Below, piece after piece: positions 39,478-51,888 of a DNA stretch of 64,000 nt. The position numbers and the translations under genes were made by a program. How positions within the stretch are numbered: position 1 is the first letter of the stretch; each line of letters starts with the position of its first letter. This stretch comes from Callorhinchus milii (lineage: Eukaryota): positions 51,586,001 to 51,650,000 of the forward strand of contig NW_024704742.1 of the NCBI RefSeq assembly GCF_018977255.1, read 5' to 3'. Under the pieces are notes generated by a model. The model saw only the letters and a list, made by a program, of their open reading frames with translations, was not told the origin of the DNA and did no database searches.

Positions 39478-41705
39478 AACAACAACAAGGATTTAAATAG
39501 CGCCCTCCACGCCGGACGGCGTCTCACAGCGCTTTACAGAAACGGATCCCAGGACCCAGCCAGGGGGAGGGAGATGACCAAAGGCGCGGTCGAAAAGAAA
39601 GGTCTTCAGCAGAGACCTGAAAATGGGAAGGGATGGAGCGAGACGAAGGGAGTGAGGAAGGCAGTTCCAGAGTCTCAGGGCATAGTGGCTGAAGGCACAG
39701 CCGCCGAGGGTGGAGCGGAGGACTCGGGGGAGGCCAGATCCGGAGGAACGAAGGCAACGGGTACTGTTTCGAGGAGAGAGGTCAGAGAGGTAGGGGGTGC
39801 AGAGGAGTGCAGGGACTTGAATACAAGGGTGAGGATCTTGAAATCGATCCTCTCTGGGATAGGCAGCCAGTGCAGTCTGGCAAGGACTGGGGTGATCGGG
39901 GAGCGGAGTTTCGTGCGGGTGAGAATGCGGATGGCAGAGTTTTAAATGATTTGGATTTTATGGATGGTAGTGGATGGGAGGCCGGCGAGGAGGGCGTTAG
40001 AATACTCCAGCCGAGAGGTGACAAAGGCATGGACCAGAGTTTCAGCAGCTTTTGGGGAGAGGTATTGGCGGAGACAGGCGATGCGTCGGGGGTGGAAGAA
40101 AGCGGTGCTAGTGAGGGACCGGATGTAGGCCAGGAAGGATAATTGGAGGTCAAACCTGACACCTAGGTTGCGTATGGGTTCGAGTTTAGGGGAAGTTTGG
40201 GTAGGTGGAGGAGGTGAGAGCTGTGAGATTTTAGATGTTGACAAGAGCCAAAGAGTATGGCTTCCGTCTTGTCAATGTTCAGCTGAAGGAAATTTGCGCT
40301 CACCCAGCCCCGGTGATCTGACAGGCAGGCTGACAGAACATCAGGGGACTGGGAGTTGGAAAGAGAGGTGGAAAAATAGAGTTGGGTGTCATCTGCATAC
40401 ATGTAGAAATGTAGCCCATATCTGCGATGACATCCCCAAGAGGGAGCATGTAGATCAGAAAGAGGAGGGGGCCAAGGATGGATCCTTGGGGTACCCCGCA
40501 GGTGACTGGGTGAGAACGGGAGGAGAAGCCGTTTGTGCAGATGTACTGCTGGCGGTTTGTGAGGTAGGACTCGAACCAGGCGAGTACGGTCCCACTGAGG
40601 TGGACGACGGAGGAAAGGCGGTGGAGGAGGATGGCGTGGTCAACTGTGTCGAATGCGATGGAGAGGTCCAGGAGGACAAGGAGGCAGAGGGAGCCCTGGT
40701 CACGGATAGAGAGGATATCGTTTGTGACTTTCACAAGCGCAGTCTCTGTACTGTGGGCAGAGTGGAAACTGGACAGGAGGGGTTCAAAGAGGGAGTGGGA
40801 GGAGAGGTGGGCGTGAAGTTGATTGGCAACAATGCGTTCTAGAACTTTTGAGAGGAAGGGCAGGTTAGAAATGGGGTGGTAGTGGCTGGGGTTTGAGGGA
40901 TCTAGGGAAGGTTTTTTGTGGAGGGAGTTGATGACAGCAGTTTTGAGGGGCAGGACTGATCCGGAGGAGAGCGACTGGTTAATGATGTCAGCGAGTAGTG
41001 GGCAGAGGAGGGGGAGCTGGGTGACAAGTAAGTTGGTGGAGAGGGAGTCGAGGCAGCAGATGGTGGGTTTCATGGAGGTGATGGTGGGTGAGAGGGAGGA
41101 GGAAGAGATGGGGAGGAGGAAGGAATGTAGAATGGGGGTGGTGGTAGGAGCAGATGATGAGGAAGGTGAGGGGGGCAGAGAGGGTGACAAGAGGCAGGTC
41201 GATGAGGCTGCCTGGCGGATGTCAAGTATTTTAGATGAAAAGAAGTCCATGACCTCCTCACACTTGGCATTTGATATGAAGATTGAGGAGGCCTGAGGGG
41301 GGGGGCACGGAAGAGGTAGTGGGTGGTGGAAAAAAGGATTTTAGGGTTGTGCTTAGCCTCCAAGATGATGTTCGAGTAGAAGCTGTTTTTGCGCGTGTCA
41401 AAGAACGGCGGTAGCTGTGGAGATGCTCGGGCCACAGTTAGCGGTGAACTGTCAGGCCAGTTTTCCTCCATCTGCGCTCGAGCAGACGGGTTTGGTTTTT
41501 TTGGTGGCGGAGATGGTTGTTGTACCAGGGGGATCGGGTGGGTTTGGAGATGGTCCTGGATCTTAGGGGGACGAGAGAGTTGAGGGTGGAGGAGAGGTGA
41601 TCATGGAGCAGCTGGACGGCTGCTTCAGGATCTCCACGGGTAGAAGGCCAGAGAGATAGGATGTTTGATGATGAGAGGGCCTTTGTGAGGGTCTCAGGGA
41701 GTAGC
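39478..41705 (-). mobile_element. L2 LINE, 5'-truncated ORF2 with RT domain, in intron 3
   Basis: ORF 40300..41250 (HPISNLPFLSKVLE, LLDLSIAFDTVDH, GVPQGSILGP), YADDTQLY, LVHAFVTSRLEYSN; (TTG)n tail. Confidence 0.96.
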
Positions 41706-41777
41706 CTATATGTTATATAACATATAAAATATGTTTAACAATTCCCTTTCCATTTCACACTACATTGCAACACTCAC

Positions 41778-41991
41778 CATTCTCTTTGCGTAACCTAGAA
41801 ATGAATTTCTTTGGAGGAATCACACCAACTTTTTTCTTCTGGGTGGCAATGCTGTGGAAGAGATCGGCAAGACAGGTCAGCAGGTTTTCCTTCTTCTTCT
41901 GCTGTGCCTTGTATGCAAGGACATTCTCTCGAAATGGGCGGCAGAAGTACAATGCCTGCAGCACGGAGTTACAATAGCAAGTGTTCCCAAA
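41778..41991 (-). CDS. USP46: USP46 exon 3 (214 nt): [20 protein letters not shown]...ISRLRKEN, contains the Cys box with catalytic Cys
   Basis: ORF 41755..41964 plus manual extension. AG/GT boundaries; phase matches exon 4. Confidence 0.98.
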
Positions 41992-43008
41992 CTAGCAAAA
42001 GAAAAGAGACGAGTAACATTTAGGTTAACACAATCACAGCAAAGTAATTTGAAAACAATCCGGGGCAACCATAAATTGGGAACATTTGTTTAAAAAGTGA
42101 TGCCAAGTGTCAAACTCTTGATTAAGTCACAGTACTTTTAACAACAAGAGTGCTGTTTGATTGTGAATATTAATTACAACATGCATTTTAGCGATTATAC
42201 ATATCGCTCTGCAATGAAATGTTTCAGCTGCAGTACAGAACCCATTAGTGAAGAAAGGTTATGTTTAAAACTGGAGAAGAATAAAGTTGATTTATAACAA
42301 CAACAAGATTCCATTTATAGAACGCCTTTCACGTCGGGAAGACGTCCCAGGAAATTTATAAAATAAAATTTTATACCACGATCCATTTAAAAATCAGACA
42401 ATAATTCAGCCTAAAATCTCATGTGCAAGTACTGTAGCATGACGGCATTCCAGGATTTAAACTGCATTAGTCCACGTCAACAAAACAAAAAAACATTCTA
42501 TGCATAAAAGGTTTTAAAAATTGTCTCTTTGCCATTCTTTTTCCCCTTAAAAGCAGTTAATTGGATTGACTAATCTACAAAACAACTTGTATTTATTTTG
42601 TGCCCTTTATGCAGAGTAGCATCTCAGTGCAGTAAATCGATGGAAGGAGTTGTTGAAAACTGGAATTCCAGCCTTTGATTGGTAAAAAATATATGTGGAA
42701 TCAACAGAAGCAGTCATTTTGATCTGCTGGAGCAGTGCAGTCCCTTACCATGTTTAATAAAAAGAAAAATTATTCTACTGTAAATTACATGAATGCATTT
42801 TAACTAAATAGCCCGAAGTCAAATATTTATACTTTCTATATGAATTCAACCCCAAATCTTTTCCTTGTTCAAGAGAAGAAAAGATAGTATTCAAGTTCTT
42901 TTTGAAAGCCCATTTCTGATTGATGTACAATTCAAAGCATTGAAGGCAGCCACGGAATGTCTGGCAACTTTCAAAAAGCGTGTTTAAAGGATATTTAAAT
43001 AAACTTAC

Positions 43009-43089
43009 ATTGACCAAACCAAAATAGTGTTCATTGATTGGGAACTGCTCCGGACCAATGTCTTTCTCCAGAGCAGAGGCATTGGTGCC
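43009..43089 (-). CDS. USP46: USP46 coding exon 2 (81 nt): GTNASALEKDIGPEQFPINEHYFGLVN
   Basis: Manual translation. AG acceptor at 43090-91 and GT donor at 43007-08. GTN/EKDIG/FPIN match USP46 rather than USP12 (GAN/EKEIG/FPVN) as I recall them. Confidence 0.97.
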
Positions 43090-43749
43090 CTGGAAGAAAA
43101 AACAAATACCGATGAGAGTTGATTTTATGTTTTAAGGCAACTTGAAGACTACAAACCACCATTACTATGAGCAAAAATTTGGTACTATTTTGCATCTACT
43201 ATACAGTGTAACAGGTAATTATATAACCCAAATTTGCTCAAGTACTTAAATCCTGATCTCTTGCAAAATGTCACTTCGCAGCTAAATTTGCAAAACTGTG
43301 ATTACGTGAACATGAAGGACGTCTTTACATTGATTAGATCCTCAGGGAAACTCTATGTGACAGAAAATGTCCATTTGCATATATTGGCCCTGGTTCAGAT
43401 ATATGTCGTTGTAATCTAGAGATAGTTGTGTTACTAATCCACAAGTATGACCCAAATACTCAGTTCATATATTTGTTATGCAAATTTTATGAAGTAGAAA
43501 CACGTACGCTGGCTGGAAGCTATGTGACCGAGAGGGAGCCTGTGGTAAACAGGGCTGCTTTGCTAAAAATCAAATGTTCAACAAATTCCATTCTTAATGC
43601 AATTACTGGGTCACTTATTGGGAATGGGCAAGCACGTTCAAGATTAATACAGTCGATGTCAATCAGTTCCTGTCCATCCCACCTCAACCTACCAGATCCA
43701 AAACCTTGACAAGGAAGTCTTTATATTTGTCTACAACCAATATTTTAGA

Positions 43750-44066
43750 GGTCTGTAGCTCAGTGGTTAGAGCACTTGCCTCACAAGCGAGAGATCCAGG
43801 TTCGATTCCCAGCAGGGCGAAACCTTGGGCAAGTTTCCTTTCACCACATGCCTGATAATAAACCCTCAAGAAAAAAAAAACAATAATAAAATTGGTCACT
43901 TCAATCCACGACTGTTTGTGGGACACTGCTGTGTGCAACTGGCTGCTGAGTTTCACCTACAAATATACAGTCAATTCACTTTACAGTATATTCTGTGAAG
44001 CCCTTTGAGATGTCCAGAAGGCGTGAAAAGCACTATATCAAATGCAAGGATTATTATTATTATTAT
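43750..44066 (+). mobile_element. Full-length tRNA-headed SINE in intron 1
   Basis: A and B boxes, core and (TTA)n tail. Confidence 0.92.
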
Positions 44067-46176
44067 ATGAGTAATGGTTCCAATGTACCAAAAGGGAGAG
44101 TGTATGGAATATCTTAAACAATGCAATTAGGCAGGATAACTACAGGAAACCATTGGCTCAAACAAGATCTTCCTACAAATCTCTAGCCAGGCATTATTGC
44201 ACATATTGCCTCATCAACCCCTGACAAATCCTCTTCACAGTGCCTTAGAAAAGTACCAAAAGGAGCCCAAAATTACTCTATATTGTCCTCAACATTGACA
44301 GCCTAGAAGGCAATCTGCTCTGCACTAAAAATGGTGTAACCTTTGGCGTAATATTGATTTCCCAGATGTATGGCTACAATTGGTTGCAAGGTGTAGCACA
44401 AGAAAAGTATCATCCTGTTCCAAAAGGCTCCAATAATGTCCTTCCAGCAATTGGTTCTCAAGTTCAACATTCTACAAAGGGCTTCACCCACCATCCTCCC
44501 AAACTCTCAACAGTACCGATTCCTTGCCCATTTAGCCTCTTTGCTCAGCTGTGCCTCAAACCTGGATTCCCAGTACATGAATGCGGATGCCTCTGCCAAA
44601 ACATAACAGTCTCTAAGGTATAGAATTCTGCAAAATCATTAATGCATTGTAACGTGAATATTCTAACAGAGTGCAAACTTGACTATTTTCAAAAAGAACT
44701 TGTGATTAGAACATATTCTACTTAAAGGAGTTATAGATCCAAGATAGGTAATTCTTCAACTTTCCTAGATATCAGACATACATACACACACATATATATA
44801 TCATATATATTTATTTGGAGACCTTGTCTCAGGCTTGTGTACAATAATGTTCAACAAGCAATGCTGTAATGTTGCAGCACTGAGCTTCTTTGCAAAATAT
44901 TTACTTACCCCAAAACAAAGCTTAATGTAAACTGAAGGCAAACAATGCACAAAGAATAATTCACAGAACATTTTGCTCTGCAGGATAGTCTCACATGATA
45001 TTACTGTGCATTTTAGTTCCTCAGAGATTAGTCTCAAAAGTCTTTGTACCTTGCATACAGAACTGGGCTATATGAATGCAGAAACGATACAGCCTATTAA
45101 GATGGCTCCAACAGCATTCAAGTAGTAACGATCAATGAAAGATTGTTTGCTAGATGGTTTAAGTTACTGCAGATTCTGTGTGTTTTTATTTAAAACTTCT
45201 TCTGAAACAGTGGAAAAAGCTACTTTGAGCAAATATTTTGTTCTTGGTCTATTCTTACGACACAACTCAAAGTGACAGCACAATGAACCACAAGCTGGAG
45301 TGGACATTATCCACTTCCTCCCTTTGCTTTAATCCGTGCAAAAGCTTAGAGTTTGTGTCCTTTCAGCAACCATGGTATCAGAAAAAGAATAACTTGCACT
45401 TATATCAGAAAAAAAACAAATTCAGGGTGAACCTCAATTAAAACAAAACACCCTTTCATCTATTGGAGTTGAAAACTGCTGTATCTGGTTCCCAACTTCT
45501 TTCCGTTTCCTTTATAAAATTCTAATGTGGACCGGTTTACTTCATGCAGACATGATAGCTTCCACCCAAACAGAAATATCAATAGTCTCATTTACTTCTT
45601 CACTTCAAACAACAATCATTAGCCATTGGGATTTGCCAAATAACCACAATGCGACAATGGGTGAAATTCTACTGCACGGTTAGTTAGATTCTCAGCCTCT
45701 AAGCTGCACTAATAAGTATTTTTAAAAAAGCTTTTGCTCCACATTCTGAGGTGCCAAGATATTAACCAATATTAAAATAAACTTGCTTAATAATCTGTTC
45801 AACACAATTGTAATCCCAAATTAATAACTCACTCACTTTGGATTCAAATACATTTATTCATGCTCATTAAAAATTTAATTTTCTGCACTTGCAGCATTCA
45901 GTTACAGTAACAAAGGACAAGGAGAGCTAACACCCATTTGGCTGATACTTATGTGCTGTTTAGTACATCATTAACCACACTTGCGGAGATAGTTATAGAA
46001 TCGTAGAACACGTACATTACAGTAGGAGCAGATACATGACCATTGTATCTGTGCAAATTCTTGCTCTTCCATTGGAGCCAGCTACTCTGCTCCCTTATGC
46101 TTCAACATTCTTTTACTTCGAGTATTTATTATTAAATTTCCCTAAGAATGCTTGCTTTGACGTTTCCTTCATTCAT

Positions 46177-46632
46177 GGATTCCAGGGCACTGATGGCAGC
46201 ACAGCCAGCCTGGCTCATCAGCAGGACCTGGAAGGGCAGACCAGTCACTGGGGGCAGAGAGTTATCCCACTCAGCTCCTGTTAACCCTGCAAGCCAAAGC
46301 CCTAACAGGTAGGGTGGTCCTAGCTGGAAAAGCAGCGGGAAAGCTTGCCAGAGAGCATTATCAATGGCAAGTTCTGTGGTTTTAGTTGGTTAGACTCAAG
46401 CAGAATCTCAATGCACACTCTAGGGTTCCCAAGCCTTGGCTCTTGCCAACCTGCAGCTAATACTTTTCGGAATTAGGTAAGCAGGATGTGTCCCTCCAGG
46501 GAGAGAGTGTACCTTCAATTACAACAATCTATCTCTGGGATTTCCATGTGTAGGTGGGATGCTTGGTTTGTATACTCTTAAACATGGTGATGGGTTTCTG
46601 CGTATGTCAGACATCCTTCTGTCCAAAAAAAA
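46177..46632 (+). mobile_element. Family X copy 4
   Basis: Collinear with copies 1 and 3; ends in an A-run. Confidence 0.8.
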
Positions 46633-47724
46633 ATTGATTCCATCCTACTCACTACATCTTCCAGGAGGAAATCTTCACATAGAAACTGTCTGAACTCCAA
46701 AGTCATTTAGGTTAAAAAGCTATAGTATAATATTCTTCCATCTCTCATGTTGACTATTCAAACCTGACCTCTTTCCACCTTCTCAATTAGAGGAGGATAT
46801 GTTAGAACAGCCTGCAAGAGGGAGAAAGACTACAAGAATATGGTTTGGCTCACCCTGCTTCAATCACACCTCCTGACTGCGGATGTGGAGAAGACCGTGG
46901 CTCAGATGGCTATGGAGAGCGGCCTGCAAAGGGAGAAAAATGAGAATCTCAATTCTCTTCTCTCCCCCTCCGATAAACAGAAAAAAATACCATCTTTAAA
47001 AAAACACAGCTGCATTATAAACATATTACTATGGCATCTTGTGTTGACACAATACACAAGAAAGATGATAACTTTTTACGGCTTTTATTTAATTCAGACC
47101 TTTTCTCTCGCGTTTTTACATAATGTGCAAACATTAGGATCTTAATAATCTTTGCATTTGATATAGCGCCATATCACGTTGTTGAGACGTCTCAAAGCGC
47201 TTGATCCTAATGTGCAAATCGGTTTCCTTACTCTTTTGTAACAATTTTAGAGACTGACCCTAAAATGAACATTCTCGAAGTCTTTTACAATAAATACACT
47301 TGAAACCAGGACAATCAGCAACTTCTGAACTGAGACAACAAGGATGGAAAATTTCTCAGCCTTTCCGTCTCACCCCTCCACTTTCCCTAATTTTCATCTA
47401 AATCACCTTAGCGTCTGTTTTTATAAAGGGATACTCTTTTACTTGACATTTGAAATGTTGACTGGAGTGACACATATTGACACAAGAGTGATTAGTGAAA
47501 AGATTGAAGATATTTCTGTAAGTGAGCTAGTATAATCAAACCAATTAATAGAAATGTTAGCAAGCTAGGAATTAGTTAAAGTCACTCACTAATTTTGCTG
47601 GCAGCAATAAAAGCAAATCTAAAATGACACTCTGATCTAGCCATTAACTAACACACTTTTTTTTCTCCCATTTCAAAATCGAAAGCATAATTACTCATCT
47701 AATTTCAATGTTCAATTCAATTAT

Positions 47725-47996
47725 CTTCACTCAGAGGGTAGTGAATTGAGGGTAGTGAATTGATGGAATTCACTACCCCGGAAGGCTGTAGATGCTCAGT
47801 CCTTGAACATCTTCAAGGCTGAGACTGATGGATTTTTTAAAAAATAGAGGGATTAGGGGATATGGGGATAGGGCAGGTAATTAGAGTTAGGTCTAAAGAT
47901 CAGCCATGATCTTATCGATCTTATCGAATGGCGGGGCAGGCTCGAGGGGCCGAATAGTCTACTCCTGCTCCTAATTCTTATGTTCTTATGTTCTTA
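47725..47996 (+). mobile_element. CR1 3' end, same family as 37691-39324
   Basis: gaatggcggggcaggctcgaggggccgaat followed by a (ttcttatg)n tail. Confidence 0.9.
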
Positions 47997-49194
47997 ATTC
48001 TGATGATAAATTCAAACAGTCTGTCTTATTTTCGATTGCACTGTCATTACTGATACCATTTTGTCTTAAAATTTAAAATTGGGTAAATTTGTGAAAATTT
48101 CTTAAATTCAACCTTAATTTGGAAATCAGTTCACCACAGTTCTTGTAAGAACTGGAAAAGTTAAATTTTAAGACAAAATTGTGTTATGGGCTAAAACTAG
48201 GTGGAATTTCAGATATCTGCAACAACAGATAGATTTACATACTGATTTTCACATAAAAGTAACATTTCAAAGCATTTTACAGATTGCAGAAATGGCAGTG
48301 TCTAACAATTCTACATGGAAGTGTATAAAATATGCAACTGGGAGAGAATTTCTTGCTTCACTCCAGAGGAATTAACACAGATTTAGCACTTGCAGTAGTC
48401 GAGTGCAAATGAGGTTTAATCATGATATTCATTAAAGAATAAAGGATTAGAAATATCCATATGCAGATCTTTAAAATGCAGAGGGGTTTGGATAAATTAG
48501 ATGTTATTTCATGTGAACTGTTGTTGCAAGTACAATAGCAAAAACATTTCAGATCAATTTCTTCCCCCAAAATATAGGATTTTTTTTCCCCCTTTAAATT
48601 TCTTCATCCTTCATCTGAAAAACAATTTACACTTTTATATACAGAGGACATCTCAAAATGCTTCAAATAGCTGGCTGGACTTCTGAGTTGGTCTAGTGTG
48701 GCGAGGGGGAGGAAAGTAACCAAAAGATGGGTGCTAGCCACTGACTTGTGCTGGAGTCAGCAGACTCTAGTTTCTATGCAACAAGATAGGGTTCAGCTTT
48801 GTGAGGCCAACTTTAAGGTAGAACAGTCAATATTTATTTACACTGAAGATAATCAACGGCTGAAATGGTTACCATTAAGGGTTGTGCAAATCATTGTTCC
48901 GGACTCGTATAAGAAAACTGGATGCTGTATTCTGGAAGGTTGGTATTCTGGAAGGGTAAAGTACAACGGTCTGAACGACCCTCATTATCTGAACCTCATA
49001 CAACTCTGACAGTGAACATTAATAGTAACAACTGTGGAAGAACATCACAGTAAAAATAACATAACACAGACTAATCCTGTTTTCACCCAAGATTTTTGGT
49101 ATTGCAACCATACAAAACATCTTCAGTTTGACCCTTGCTCTGTGATTAGTTAGCAGATCTGAACAGGAGAGTTGTTGCACACTGGTTCCCATTG

Positions 49195-49549
49195 AGTCCT
49201 GTAGCTCAGTCAGAGCACTCGCCTCGCAAGCGAGAGGCCTGGGTTTGATTACCAGGAGGGCGAAAAGTTTTCTTACTCCATACGCCTCTGTTTACCTAGC
49301 AGTAAGTAGGAACCTGGTTGATAGTCGATTGGCAGATCGTTTTTCTGGGGGTAATAATTCCTTAAAAAAAATAATAAATTGGTCACTTCAATCCACGACT
49401 GTTAGTGGGACACTGCTGTGCGCAATTTGCTGCCACGTTTCGCCGACAAAATATACCGTCAATTTACTTTAGAGTATATTGTGTGAAACGCTTTGAGACA
49501 TCTCGAAGACATGGCAAGGTGCTATATCAATCGCAAGGTTTATTATTAA
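49195..49549 (+). mobile_element. Long variant of the tRNA-headed SINE
   Basis: Head with arm ctcgc-ctcgcaa-gcgag, an extra internal segment, and the tail. Confidence 0.88.
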
Positions 49550-50029
49550 TCAAGATTTCTATCCAATATACCCTAATGGAAAACTTCATATGTTGACCAA
49601 AGAATTAACCTTACATGTGATGATCTCCATGGTCAGGTCAAATTGCCTGGCACTCACGGTCTAGATTCACTTATGCCAAATAGTTAATTGGAGGAGGTTT
49701 CTTTGATAATGTAATAATAATCCTTGCATTTGATATAGTGCCTTATCACATTGAGACGTCTCAAAGCGCTTCACAGAATATATTGTAAAGTGGATTGTCT
49801 GCATATTGTGTGAGCAAACGAAATGTGCCCAACTTAATACAAATTATCACCTTAAGGAGAATAAATAGTAATCTTTGTGCTCAGAGTGATGGATAATCCA
49901 CAAAAACAGTATATTTAAAATATATCTAAGATCAATTGTTGAGAAATCATGTCACTGTTTTGTAATTAGCAAAAGTAAAGAGTAAAGTTCTTCATTAAAT
50001 ATGTTATTGTTTGATGACAATATTAAACA

Positions 50030-50362
50030 ATATTGAGGCTCTCCTGATTGGCTCCTGTCAGCACCTCCACACCTTAGGCACTGGATCCATGGATGCACAC
50101 TCCACCTCACTGAGCCAGTCCGGAACACCATTGTCAGGTGGGCCTTCAGCCACTCTGTCTCCACCCTCTGGAACTTCATCCCGCAGTACCTCCACCTCTC
50201 TCCCTCCCTTGCCTCCTTCAAGACCCATCTCAAGACCCTCCTCTTCGACCATGCCTTTGATCACCCGATACCAAGCTCGGGTCCGAAACACTGATTGTCC
50301 AGTGCCTTGGGACGTTCTCCCGACGTGAAAGGCGCTATACAAAAATGCAATTTTGTTGTTGT
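50030..50362 (+). mobile_element. L2 3' fragment (internally deleted)
   Basis: ggtgggccttcagccactctgtctccaccctctggaac plus tail gggacgttctcccgacgtgaaaggcgctatac and (TTG)n. Confidence 0.8.
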
Positions 50363-51888
50363 CATATCTGGAGGACTCCTTGAAGTCTTTGGACTTATTG
50401 TCTATCTTTATCCGATATTCCTTACCTTAAAGAAATTCATATCTTAACTGAATACTAACTTTCTCTCTATTGTCACCATGGGGGTTTGACATCGTTGGTG
50501 AAGCCAAGTCTTTAATTGCATTTAAAAAGGGATATATTTGAGGGAAAATTGTAGGAACAGGATTAGGATAGTTTCACCAGGCATGTTTATTAATGACTGG
50601 ATCAGGCTATCAGGAAGGGTGGCTGAGGCCAGGATGCTGAAATAGTTTCATGCTGTAGTGGGAGGACAACAGGGTGGGTATTTTAGAAGGCTGAGCTGAA
50701 ATGCTTTAATCAACCAAAGCTTGTGAACTTGTGAACTGAAGGAGCTAGCATGAGTACAGATACAATGGTCTGAATCACCTCCTTCTGTATTGTAGAAGCA
50801 TAACTGTGCCTGTAGAATGTATTGCGTGAAATCAACATGTCTGCTGAAACTATCCTAATACAATCCAAGACAAACCCAAATAATTCAATACAAATCAAAG
50901 CTAGCTAACACTTAAAAAAAACAAATATACAACATTTCACGTACAATAGCTATCACTAATATTTGGAACTCAAAGTGACCACAAATATAAGAGGCTCAAA
51001 CAATAGATTTGATTTCCAGACAGGAAAATAGAAACCCTACTGTCTGAACAAATGTTATCTGAAAATGGAAACACTTCATACGTGCGCTCAGTTGGCTCTT
51101 TGCGCAGCTTTCTGTGATTATCAGAAATTGTACTGCAACATCCTATTTCTGTAGAGCTAAATATAAACATGTTGTATATTGGACTTTTGTTCTGTAACTT
51201 TATAAAAAAAATTATAAAACCTATGCTGAATACTTATTAAAATGTTTAAGCAACAGGATAAATTCCGAGTTTTAATAAAAGTTGAGACACTACACCAGCT
51301 GCAGGAGGGAATCGAGTGGAATTGAGATCCACTACCAGAATAACAGCGCTGGCAAAACAATATTAGGCCAATAATAGAGCAATAACATCTACAGTACTTT
51401 TAAATAAAATCTACTGCAATACTTCAAAGTTTTGTACAAATTGCCCAGAACTTGCCTGGAGATCGAATAACTTCAAATTGTGATTTTAATTATATAGTTC
51501 CTTTAAATAAAGAATCTTTCCTTCCCAACCTTTAGCATTCTTGAGTGACCTACTTGTGTTTGCTTCCTCATATTTTTTGTTCAATTAATAATTGATGATA
51601 CAGTGACCTGGCTTAGTTGGTAGTAATCTTGCTTTTGAGCCACAAGGCTGTGGATTCAAGCCCAACATTTTGGAGTTCGAGCTCACAGCCTAAGCTAACA
51701 CTCCGATATAGTGCTGAGGATGTGCTGCATTGTCAGCGGTTTTGGCCTTCGAATGAGACGTTAAACTGGGGCCCTGTCTGCCTATTCAGATGGACATTAA
51801 AGACCACATGGCACTATATTCGAAAAGAGAAGTTTCTCCCAGTGTCCTGTCCAACAATACTCCAGATAAAATTGGTTATTTACTGCAT

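Noticed and set aside
39574..41296. Long plus-strand ORFs (for example 40168..40842, 224 aa)
   Set aside because: Antisense shadows of the C-rich L2 ORF2.
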